Assembly (NCBI RefSeq): GCF_018350175.1
Contig: NC_058383.1
Coordinates: forward strand, 15,998,001-16,062,000
From: Felis catus
Lineage: Eukaryota
Length of the DNA: 64,000 bases
Reading direction: 5' to 3'
In this document: piece after piece, positions 37,107 to 48,241 of the stretch
Layout of the letters: the number at the start of each line of letters is the position of its first letter
Numbering within the stretch: position 1 is the stretch's first letter
The notes under the pieces: model-generated
What the model was told of the DNA's origin: nothing
Database searches by the model: none
The model's input: the letters and a program-made list of their open reading frames with translations, nothing else
Program-made: the position numbers and the translations under genes

Positions 37107-38181
37107 AAAACTAAACAGTCTGAACACATCAATTATTATGTTGTACACCTGAAACTAATATAATGTTATATATGTCAATTACACCTCAATAAAAAAAAAT
37201 CATCCCCCCACCAAATCAAAAGACAGGAATTGTCAAAGTGAACTCAAGAACAAAAAAGGACTGAGTATATGCTGCCAATAAGAAAATCACTTAAATATAA
37301 CACAGGTTAAAACTAAAAAGATAAAAAAGATATGTCATACAAACAGGAATCTAGAAAAATCTAGAAAGCTAGATTAAAAAGGTTAAAAATGGTAAAGTTT
37401 GTGTTATGTATATCTTACCATGAAGGGGGGAAAAAAAACCTAGAGTGGCTATATTAACATAAAAAAAAGTAGTCTTCAGAACAAGGGAACTTATCAGGGT
37501 ATAAAAAGAGTATATAATGTTAAAAGTGTCAATTTAACCAAGATGACAAAACAATCCTAAATGTGTAAGCATCTAATAAGAGAGCTCCAAAATACAGCAG
37601 TGATAGAACTGTAATAATAAATAAATAAATTCATAATTATACTTAGAGACTTCAACAGATCTCTCAGTAAGTGACTGAACAAACAGAAAATCAGAAAGGA
37701 TATAGAAGACCTGAATAGAAAATCAACCAACCTGATTTGACTTTTATAGAACATTCCACCCAACAGTAGAATACATGTTCTTTTCAAATACACATAGAAC
37801 ATTCACCAAGGTAAACCATACTGTAAACAAAACATAAACAAACATTGTAAACAAACTTGAATAAATTAAAAGTAACTGAATCCATAGAAAGTATATCCTC
37901 TGACCATAGTGGGAATTAAACTAGAAATCAGTACAGAAATATACCTGAAAAATGTCACCAATTATTTGGAAATTAGCACACTTCTAAAAACAAAAATCCA
38001 CAGATCAAAAAGTCTTAAGGAAATTAGAAAATATTTTGAACCCAATGAAAACATAACATATCAAAAGCACTGGTATGCAGCTAAAGTAGTGCTTAGAGAG
38101 AAATTTGTAGGATTAAAAGAAGGAAGGAAAAAAAACTAGGGCAAAAATCAATGAAATTAAAGACAGAAAAACAGGAAGACT

Positions 38182-38397
38182 GGGGCGCCTGGGTGGCTCA
38201 GTCAGTTGAGCGTCTGACTCAGGTCATGATCTCATGGTCTGTGAGTTCGAGCCCTGCGTCGGGCTCTGTGCTAACAGCTCAAAGCCTGGAGCCTGTTTCA
38301 GATTCTGTGTCTCCCTCTCTCTCTACCCACTCCCCAGCTCATGCTCTCTTTCTCTGTCAAAAATAAGTAAACATTAAAAAAAAAATTAAAAAAAAAC
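38182..38397 (+). mobile_element. Can-SINE
   Basis: TSD CAGGAAGACT. Confidence 0.9.
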
Positions 38398-39027
38398 CAG
38401 GAAGACTAAATGAAATCAAAAGCTGATTCTCTGAAAGAAAAAAAAAACTAAAAAACAAAAAACTGATAAACCACTAGCTACAGTTCATAAAAGGAAAAAG
38501 AGAGAGACAAGGAAAGAGACAGATATATACACAGACACAAAATATCAGATATGAAAGAGAGGATATCATTACAGACAGGTATAGACATTAAAAGGATAAG
38601 GGAATACTACTCTATGCCCATAAATTTGACAATTTACAAATAGAGCAATACTTTGAAATTCACAAATCCTAAAACTCACTCAAGAAAAAACAGAATCTGA
38701 ATGGTTCTACTAATAGTTTAAAATCTTTCCTCGAAACAAAAACTCCAGGTCTAAATGGTTTCATTGGCAAATTCTAGATAATATAGAAGGAAGGAATAAT
38801 ACTAAATTCGATACAATCTCTTCCAGAAAACAGAAGAGAATGGGACACTTCTCAACTTCATTAATTTGAGGCAAGCATTACCTTGACATCAAAACCAGAC
38901 AAAAACATTACAAGAAATATTAAAAGAAACAAAACTGCCATAGACCTGAATCACTCATGAAAACAGACACAAAAATCCTCAACAAAATATTATAAATCAA
39001 ATCCAGCAATACACAGAAGGGATAATG

Positions 39028-39230
39028 GGAGCACCTGGTTGGCTCAGTTGGTAGAGCATGCAACTCTTGACCTCAGGGTTGTGAGTTCAAGCCCCACGTT
39101 GGATGTGGAGCCTATTAAAAAAAATAATAATAATGAATCATGGAATCTACCCCCAAAACCAAGAGCACACTGTATACGCTGTATGTTAGCCAACTTGACA
39201 ATAAATTATATAAAAAAAAATAAAATAAAA
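39028..39230 (+). mobile_element. short tRNA-Lys-like SINE fused to a felid L1 3'-end stub
   Basis: SINE head 39028-39134, L1 terminal ~95 nt at 39135-39230; outer TSD AGAAGGGATAATG / AGAGGGGATAATG. Confidence 0.75.
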
Positions 39231-39714
39231 AGAGGGGATAATGTATCACGACCAAATGGGATTAATTCTGAAAATGCAAGGCTGGTTCAACATTGAAAAA
39301 CCTATCAATGTGTTTCATCAAATTAACAGACTAAAGAAGAAAAATCACATGAGGATTTCAATAGATGCAGATAATGCATTTGCTAAACTACAACATCCAT
39401 TCATGATTTAAAAAAATGTTCAGCAACTGAGAAGGGATTTTCTTTGACCTGATAAAGGTTATTTAAATATTAAAAAAAAAATCCCTACAGCTAACATCAC
39501 ATTCAACAGGGATAGACTAAATTCTTTCTAAGATCAGGAACAAAAGCAAAGTCTGCTCTCACCACTCCTTTTCAACATTGTGCAGAAGTCCTAGTCAGTA
39601 CAATTATGGAAGAAAATAAAAGTCACACAGATTAGAAAGTTAGAAATAAAATTCTACCTGCAGGCCACATGACTGTCTACATGGAATCCTAAGCGAGAGG
39701 ATAAATATACAAAA

Positions 39715-40112
39715 AGATGATAGACCAAATACAAAAATAGAACTCTGACCTACAAACTCTGCAGCAACTAGTTGAGGAAGCCAAACCACAACTTCTAGAG
39801 CTATTGACTGATTCCAAACATCCAGGACTTGATCAATAATTGTCAGCTTCTCTAATTTTTGCCTCCACTTCCAATTTAGGACCAACCAGAGAAAACCAAA
39901 TACGCTCCCTTAACCAATCACATAGGATGCCCCACTGCTAGTCAGGCAAGCTTCCAGCTTCCCCATACCAACAACTTCCAACAAGGACAACCTGAAGCTT
40001 TCTTTTTCATTAAAAAGCTTTTATATTTTCCTTTTAGATTCCCTTTTGAGTCTGTACCAAATGGAAGTAATGGTGGCTGACACCTTACTTGTTCTCATTT
40101 GGGTGATCTTCA
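39715..40112 (+). mobile_element. LTR-like insertion in L1 ORF2 (ERV-type, family not determined)
   Basis: Interrupts the L1 sequence. Contains CCAAT (AACCAATCAC) and a TATA-like run, with an LTR-like composition. Confidence 0.5.
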
Positions 40113-40265
40113 TGGATAGTATGTTAATTCTCCTCAGACTGATCTACAGAATCAATGCAATTCTAATCAAAATGCCAGTGAGATTTTTTCTGTAGATAGT
40201 GACAAAAATTTATACAGAGAGGTAAAGGAACTAGAAGAGCCAAAGCATTTTTGAAAAAAAGTGTA

Positions 40266-40430
40266 GGGGCGCCTGGGTGGCTTCAGTTGGTTGAGTGCCC
40301 AACTTCAGCTCAGGGCATGATGTCATGATTTGTGGGTTCGAGCCCACATCGGGCTCTGTGCTGACAGTGCAGAGCCTGGAGCATGCTTCAGATTCTGTCT
40401 CCCTCTCTCTGCCCCTCCCCCACTCGTGCT

Positions 40431-40481
<51 letters not shown>

Positions 40482-40516
40482 AAATAAACATTTTAAAAAA
40501 TTGTTTAAGAAAAAAA
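40266..40516 (+). mobile_element. Can-SINE with expanded (CT)n
   Basis: Forward SINE; ~20 CT units at ~40437-40476. Confidence 0.9.
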
Positions 40517-40749
40517 TATAGCTGGAGAATACATATTAATTTCAAGATATTCTAAAGCTATAGTAATCAAGACAGTACTGGCAAACAGGTAGATACAGAT
40601 CAGCAGAGCAGAATACAGAGCTCAGAAACAGACACAATTGATGTTTTTGTTTTTTTCACAATTGAGGTTTTTAACTAAAGTACAAAAACAACTTAATGAA
40701 GAAAAAAATGTTCAACAAATGGTGCTGGGATTATTAAACATGGATATGC

Positions 40750-40871
40750 GAAGGAAGGAAGGAAGGAAGGAAGGAAGGAAGGAAGGAAGGAAAAGAATGA
40801 AAAGAAAAGAAAAGAAAGAAAAGAAGGGAAAAGAAAGGAAAGAAAAGGAAAGAAAAGAGAGGAAGAAAGAA
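40750..40871. repeat. (GGAA)n / (GAAAA)n polypurine tract
   Basis: ~120 nt with a single pyrimidine. Confidence 0.9.
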
Positions 40872-42756
40872 CTTTAACCCATTATCTCATACCTCAAGCA
40901 TAATTCACAACAGAGAAAATTACCAAAGTGGACTTCGAAACTTAAAACAGTTGGTCTTGAAGATAGTGTCAAGAAAATGAAAAAATAAACTAGAGACTGG
41001 GAGAAGATACTTGAAAATTACATATCAGGTAAAGAACTTTTATCCAGAATATATAAAGATCACTAAAATCTCAACCATGAGAAAACAAACAACTCAATCA
41101 AAAAAGAAAAAGCAGAAGATTTAAATAAAAACATCACCAGATATATAGAGATGGCACACAAACACATGGAAAGATGTTCAGCATCTTCAGTCATTAAAGA
41201 AATGCAAATTAAAAATCTAATGACACACTACTACATACATAGCTACCAGAATGGCAAATAAACAAAATATAACAAAACTAAGCATACACATCTAAGTGCC
41301 GATGAGGATGTGAAGCAACTGGAACTCATACATTTGTTGACGGTCATGTAAAATGGTACAGCTGTTTTGGAAAAGAGATGATTCGTTTCTTATGAAGTTA
41401 AACATACATGTGTCCTATGACCCAGCAATCCTGCCTGTTCATCCATGAGAAATGAACACTTATGCTCACTCAAAAATTTGTTTGCAAATGTTTATGGTAA
41501 CTTTATTTATAATTGCCAAAAATTGGAAACAACGCAATTGTCCTTCAACAGATAAATGGTTGAACAAACCAATCACTCAATATCACTCAATAATAAAATG
41601 AAAGGATATATGCAACATATATCCATGTTGTATATGCAACAACCTGGATGAAACTGCAAATACATTATAATAAGTTAACAAAATGAGACTCAAAGACTGG
41701 GTACTGTAAAATTCACTTAAATGATATTCTGGAACAGGTAAAACTATAAAGACAGAGAAGAGATAAATGTCTGCCAGGGATTAGGGATGGAGAAGTGTGG
41801 ACCTCAATAGGGAACTGTTCTGATGCAATGGGACTGGTGGGCACCTGGCTGTGTGCATCTGTTTAAACTCAACAAAGTGTAAGCAAAATAGGGAATTTCA
41901 CTGTATGTAAGTTTAAATTAATTCAGTTCGAAACACAGAATGGAATTTCTATTATTGGATGTGGTTTTGTCAACATTATATGTTATCATAAGTAGATAAT
42001 TAGGCAAAGAGCTATCAATTGTATCAGTAAGGGTCCCTGAATGTCAGTATCTGTACATATTTTACCTAGAAAATAAATTTCTGTACAAAATAAAAATTCC
42101 ACCAGTCTCCTACTGCTAGAGGTAGGGATGTTCTTACAGCTGTGTCTACTTTCCTATTCTTTCTGCCCTTGTAGTTTTATACAATTTCTTTTATTCCTTT
42201 ATTCTCATTTTCTTGGGGGTTCCTGAGGGTTCAGAGATAAACACATGCATAAAAGCTATTATGTTTACCTGGAAATTACTCATATTTTATCAAATACATA
42301 TGTGCCAAGCAGGTGGTATCTGAAGCAGTAGGTAGGAATTGTGAAGTTGGACAGAGAACACATGAATCAGAGTATCTACCCCCAAGAAGCTTAGTCTTTA
42401 AAGAATGGGGAAAAGTCATATTCAGAAACACAGAAATACTGTAAAGTACCTATGTATCTAAGTGAAGAGAGCTTAATTCTGCTTAAGAGGGTTAATAGGT
42501 AATTGGTACACAGCAGAGATTGATTGGGGTGGGTGGGTGTCAGAACTGAAAGATAAGACCAGTTAGGAGACTGCTGTGTCCATGAAATGTGAAGGTCTGA
42601 ACTAGGACAAAGAGCACAAAAGATGAACTCAAAAGAAATTCAGAAAGAAAAATGGACAGATTTGACAACAGAATTGTGAAGGAGTAATGACTGGATAGAT
42701 GGTGAGGCCACTCATGAGACAACACAGGAGGAAAAATAGTGGATGACTGAGTTAGG

Positions 42757-42964
42757 TTTTTGTTTTTGTTTTTTAATGTTTATTTATTTATGTTGAGAGA
42801 AAGAGGAGAGAGACAGAGAGAGAAAGAGAGAGAGAGAATCCCAAGCAGGCTCCTCACCGTCAGTGCAGAGCCCAACACAGGGCTCAAACTCATGAACCGT
42901 GAGATAATAACCTGAGCCAATATCAAGAGCTGGTCGCTTAACTGACTGAGGCACCCAGGCGCCC
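42757..42964 (-). mobile_element. Can-SINE
   Basis: Reverse SINE; TSD GAGTTA. Confidence 0.9.
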
Positions 42965-43138
42965 TGGAGTTATTTTTAACATGTTGAGTTTACACATATC
43001 TCTGAGCCACACAGACAGTTGTGTTTAATAAGAGGCCCAAAATAAAAATCTAAATATTTATAAATGGGTTTAAACTGTGGATTTAGCAGTGTGGTTCTAA
43101 AAACAATAGCCATGAAAAAGATAGCTCAGGGAGAGTAG

Positions 43139-43547
43139 TTTTTTAAATGTTTATTTATTTTTGAGAGAGAGAGAGGGAGACAGAGTGTAAGTAGGGGAGG
43201 GACAGAGAGAGGGAGACACAGAATCCAAGCAGGCTCCAGGCTCTGACCTGTCAGCACAGAGCCCGACGCCCGGCTTGAACTCACAAACCTCAAAATCACT
43301 ACTTTAGCCAAGTAAGACACTCAACCGAGCCACCCAGTCGCCCCAAATGTTTATTTATTTTTGAGAGAGAGACAGTGCGAGGGAGCGAGAGCGAGCACAA
43401 GCAGAGGAGGGGCAGACACAGAATCTGAAGCAGGCTCCAGGCTGAGCTGTCAGAGCACAGCCCAACACAGGACGTGAACCCATGAACTGTGAGATCGTGA
43501 CCTGAGCCAAAGTCAGATGCTTAACCAACTGAGCCACCCAGGTACCC
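43139..43547 (-). mobile_element. tandem pair of Can-SINEs (43139-43344, 43345-43547)
   Basis: Two abutting reverse SINEs; outer TSD GGGAGAGTA. Confidence 0.9.
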
Positions 43548-43792
43548 TGGGAGAGTATTTAGAAAAAGATTATATAGCGAAGGAGTCCATGAGGGTGACT
43601 GAAAACTGGCTAGCGCAATAGGAGAACCAGGAGAGAGTAAGAGGAGTGAATGAAAGAGAATTTAAGGAAGAAAACAGTCTTCAATATCAAATCCCAAGGA
43701 AAAGATTAGTAAGATACAAAGTGAAAAGTACCTCCTAGATTTGGCAATTAAGCTAGTGATTAGCCATGACTTAAAAGAATGGGCAGGTCTTA

Positions 43793-43950
43793 GGGGTGCC
43801 TGGAGGGCCAACTCTTGATTTTGGCTTGGGTCAGGATCTCATGATCATGAGATCAAGCCCCACATCTGGCTCTGTGCTGGGTGTGGAGCCTGCCTAAGAT
43901 TCTTTCTCTCTTTCTCTCCCCCTCTGCCCTCTCCCCACCCCCCAAAAAAA
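43793..43950 (+). mobile_element. older Can-SINE
   Basis: TSD AAAAGAATGGGCAGGTCTT / AAAAGAATGGGTAGGTCTT. Confidence 0.85.
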
Positions 43951-43963
43951 GAATGGGTAGGTC

Positions 43964-44209
43964 TTTTTTTTTTTTTAATACTTATTTTTGAGAGAGAGAG
44001 AGAGAGTGAGCGAGTATGAGTGGGGGGGGGGGGGGCAAGGGAGGGGTAGGGAGGGGAGGGCAGAGAGAGAGGGAGACACAGAATCTGAAGCAGGCTCCAG
44101 GCTCTGAGCTGTCAGCACAGAGCTCGATCGATGCAGGGTTCAAACTCACGAACCCGAGATCATACCTGAGCCGAATTCGGATGCTTAACTGACCGAGCCA
44201 CCCAGGTGC
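43964..44209 (-). mobile_element. Can-SINE with expanded G-tract
   Basis: Reverse SINE; G14 plus further G-runs at 44022-44060. Confidence 0.88.
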
Positions 44210-44239
44210 AACATCACTTTAATGTTGGTATGCCCAATT

Positions 44240-44482
44240 CCAATGTGGGGCAGGGGGCTTCTTATCCCCCACAAAACCAAGCAATTCTTGAACACAAGCA
44301 AGCAAGCTGTCTGAGAATTCAACTCAATTCCATCACTACGTGGAGATTCCAGATTCCATAGATTAAGGGCTAAGTCCTACAAGACCGCCTCCAACCTCAA
44401 CTTCAGAGGCCAGCTGCCAGCCCCAGCAGCTCTCTGAACCCAGTCCTTCTTGATTTTTAATGGAGGCTTCATTACATAGACT
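44240..44482. mobile_element. MER21-like LTR fragment
   Basis: Recalled motifs CCAAGCAATTCT, TTAAGGGCT.AGTCC.ACAAGAC, AGCTCTCTGAACCC and ATGGAGGCTTCATTACATAG. Confidence 0.65.
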
Positions 44483-45164
44483 AGCCCAAAAAACTCCAAA
44501 ACCAAACACCAGAATTGATTAATCTAAGAGGAGAAAGAAATCAGTGGGAGAAAAAGAAATCATGAGATATTATTTTTAAATCCAAATATACCAGTAATTA
44601 AATTAACCATGTGAAAGGCCTATTAAAATATCTGCTAAAACCACTATTATCAAAACTTGTGGGATTTAGCTAACAGTACGTATAGAGAGAATTTTTAACC
44701 ATAAATGCATGCATTAGTGATCTAAATATGAATCTCAACCAATTAGAAAAATAAAAGCAAATTAAACCTCTCCAAAGTAAAAGAAACTAATATAAACAGT
44801 CAATGAAATAGAAGTAAGTATAATGGCACAAATCAAAGATTAATAAAAGGAATCAATGCCTAGAAAGACCCATCTTTAATTAAAAAAAGAGAAAAACAAT
44901 TTCAAGAATGAGAAAAAGCACACCATTTACAGAAGCTACTTAATGTTCATTTTTCAGATCCCAGCTTTTGACCCTTGACGGGGGAAAAGCCTCCCCACCC
45001 CTCCTGTCAGCTTCCTAGGGTTTTTACTCTCATACAACCAAGCTCCTTCCTTGAGAGCTTTTCTTGGATTCTGCACATACATTTATGTGCTATTACTGTG
45101 TCTCCCATGAGTCTATGCTCCATGAGAGGGATCCCTCACTGTGACTACCCACAGTCTAGCACAG

Positions 45165-46330
45165 TGTACAGTCATTTATTTAACAAATACTGAGTGCCCA
45201 CCATGTGCCTGGTACTATTTTAGGGGCTCAGAATACAACAAACAAAACAGACAAAATTCTATGCCTTACATTCTCATGGAAGGAGTGGCAAGCAAACAAG
45301 TAAAATATATATGTCGGATGGGGAGAAACAGAAACAAGGCAGGGAAAGGGGAGTGTGGGGCTGAAAAAATTACGTTTAAAATTTAAATAGTCAGTGAGGT
45401 GAGAAAGCAAACTATGCCCACCTGGCAAGTTTGAAGAACAGTCAAGAAAGCATGGATGGAACAAACTGGAGGGGAGAGCAACAGGAGACCAGGAAAGACA
45501 AGGAAGAAGAAAGCAATAGGAGACAAAGTCAAAAAAACATCAGGGCAAGGGTAGCAGCAGATCATACAGGATGTTTAGGCCATTATTATGACTTTAGCTT
45601 TTACTCTCAATGAAATTTGTGGGTGTGGCCACTGTTTATATTAATTTTTTTTTTTTTACTGTTTATTTATTTTTGAGAGAGAGAAAGAGAGAGAGAATGT
45701 GAGTAGGGGAGGGGCAGCGAGAGAGAGACACAGAATCCGAAGCAGGCTCCAGGCTCTGAGCTGTGATCACAGATCCCCGTATGGGACTTGAATTCATGAG
45801 CCGAAGTCAGACACTTAACAGACTGAGCCGCCCAGGTGCCCCGCCACTGTTTATAATTTAAAAGGATCACTCTGGCTGCAGTGTTGAAAACAGTCTGAGG
45901 GACAAAGGTGGAAATAGGAGTCCAGTTATGAGGCTACTACAATAATCCCCCCAAAAGACCATGGTGAGAAATGGTTAGGCCTCACATAAATTTTGAAGGC
46001 ACAGAGAGCCACACAAGACTTGCTCACAAATTGCATGTGCAGTGTGAGATAAGGAAAATGGTCTAAGATGATACCAAGGGTTCAACTTGAGCAGTTGAAA
46101 ACAGAAGCTGGTATTTTCTGAGCTGGTAAAGAGAAGGCTTTGGAGAGACAGAGAATTGAGGGAGAATTCAGTTTTGGACACATTAAGTTTAAACTGCCCT
46201 TTATGTATCCAAGTGATGAGATGTCAGATAGGCAATTAGAGGAGTCTGCAGTTTAAACTAGAGATAAAAATTTGAGAGTTGTCAGCACAAGGGTGGTATT
46301 TAAAGTCATGACACTGAAATGACATCACTA
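45165..46330 (-). mobile_element. L2a fragment
   Basis: CATTTATTTAACAAATACTGAGTGCCCACCATGTGCC terminus; GGATCACTCTGGCTGC; TTCAGTTTTGGACACATTAAGTTT. Confidence 0.75.
45645..45842 (-). mobile_element. Can-SINE nested in L2
   Basis: Perfect TSD GCCACTGTTTATA. Confidence 0.9.
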
Positions 46331-46803
46331 AGTACCCTTTGACAAATGACTCAATTCATCAATCAATGACTAATAAACAAATGACGTGGCCCTCTGAGCT
46401 GTCAAGGATCAAACAGTTTTGTTGAACTTTGGGGACTTGAACTTCAGTTGGAGTGAAACCACAACTATGGGGCTTGTTGTATTGTTTTTTTGTTTTTTTG
46501 TTTTTTAAAGAAGAATCTTCTCAAATATCACCTCCAAGGGGAAAAAATGTATAGCCAACATCAGGGCAAGGCAAGTTTCCTCAGTTTCCTCTTACTTGTT
46601 CTCCAAAGTTGGTAGATTTCTTATTTGACACCATGTTACCTGCATTCTAACATGCATTCTATATATACCTTGAAATGGATGCTGTACCTATCTTATCAAA
46701 TCCTAGGGGTAAAAGTAACCTTTGTTGAGTGCTTGAAGATTATCCCAACCATTCATTTTGATGGGTATTAATTGGAAATCAACCTGGGCCATCAGAAACC
46801 TAT

Positions 46804-47016
46804 GGCCTGGGCTCAATCAGGTTAAGTGTCCAACTTCGGCTCAGGTCGTGATCTCACAGTTCGTGGGTTCGGGCCCTGCATCGGGCTCTGTGCTGACAGC
46901 TCAGAGCCTGGAGCCACCTTCGGATTCTGTGTCTCCCTCTCTCTCTGCCCCTCCCCCGCTTGTGATCTCTCTCTCTCTCTCTCTCTCTCTCAAAAAAAAA
47001 AAAAAAAAAAAAAAAA
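46804..47016 (+). mobile_element. Can-SINE
   Basis: TSD AGAAACCTATG / AGAAATCTATG. Confidence 0.88.
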
Positions 47017-47299
47017 GAAATCTATGCCTTTGGACAACATTGTCCATCCTGTGTAAAACTGCTTGCATTGAGTTTCAGTTGGCATTACATCTGGTAATTT
47101 CTAAAGGGAACAGTCATATGATAACTGCTTTACTTTGTTTGCTATAGGAATATTGCTGAAAATACTGTCTATATCTGTCTTTTATGCGTAATCCTACAAG
47201 AAATTTCTTTTATAATTATAACGTATAGTAATATAGTAGTTTATAATTAACTGTAAGAAGCAGGATAAAACTTCCTAGGGTTATAGTTATGTTTCACAT

Positions 47300-47463
47300 C
47301 AGCATTTCTTAAAAGTGGCACTACTGACAGCTGTGACCAGACTCTACCCACTAGATGTCAGTACTTCCCTACCCTTCCCATGCCCAGTTGGAACAGCTAA
47401 AAATATCTCCACATGGTCAAATGTCCCCTGGGAGGCAACATCGCCACTCATTGAGTACCACTG
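47300..47463 (+). mobile_element. internally deleted MER20
   Basis: GGCACTACTGACA...CTACCCACTAGATG...CAAATGTCCCCTGGGAGGCAA...TTGAGTACCACTG. Confidence 0.7.
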
Positions 47464-48081
47464 CCCTATATCTTAACAAAATTTTGGCTTACAAAGGTGT
47501 ATGTATTTATGTCAAAACTCAGAGAACATATACTATCAGTGTGTTGCACCGTGTGTATTTTAGCTCAAAAGAAAACAAACTACAAACACACAGTGAACTC
47601 TGGTTAATGATATACATGCTAAAGTATTTAGGGTTTTTTCAGTGATGGTTGGATAGAGAGATGGATATTTGTATAGTCATGTATAATGTATAATGCAGGC
47701 ATAGTAAAATGTTAGTGGTAGAATCTAATTGGTGAATATACAGGCACTGTAAAAAAACTCTTTAAACTTTTCTGTATGTTTGAAATTTTTCGTAAGATGT
47801 TGTGCTATTGTCATTGATCCATTACATAAATCAGGTACCCAGTGGAGCCAGTTCAGAAGCATGGGGATACTTGTGCATTGGAAAGGATCAGCTGTAAGCA
47901 CTGTGATCTTGGAAAGTCACAAGTTATACCACACGGTATGTTGTCTCTGATGGCTCCTTGAAGAAGAAACAATGCTCTACAGCTCCGCTATCACTAATAA
48001 CTTATATCAGCAAGTTCACACTTCATAAGTATTTAAGAACACTTTAAATAATCTGAAATTTCAGTTAAAACTATAAATGCC

Positions 48082-48241
48082 GGGGTGCCTGAGTGGCTCA
48101 GTTGGTTAAGCGTCAGACTCTTGATTTTGGCTTAGGTCACGATCTGCACTAAGTGTGGAGCTTGTTTGGGATTCTCTCTCCTCTCTCTGCTCTCCTGCTC
48201 GTGTTCTCTCTCAAAATAAATAAATAAACATTAAAAAAAAA
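48082..48241 (+). mobile_element. Can-SINE
   Basis: TSD TAAATGCC. Confidence 0.88.

Larger units (their letters stand above)
34560..41930 (+). mobile_element. long degenerate old L1 (5' region, ORF1 and ORF2 remnants, 3' end) hosting nested insertions
   Basis: A-rich plus strand. ORF1-like CACCCAGACACATCATAA. ORF2-like GIKLEIS...KEIRKYFE.NENITYQ..WYAAKVVLREKF (37909..38139) and GATTTCAATAGATGCAGA. 3' motifs TATGACCCAGCAATCC. Confidence 0.8.

Noticed and set aside
39028..39105. tRNA-Lys(CTT)-like sequence
   Set aside because: It has an A tail and TSD, and its anticodon and acceptor stems are disrupted. It is a tRNA-derived SINE head, not a tRNA gene.
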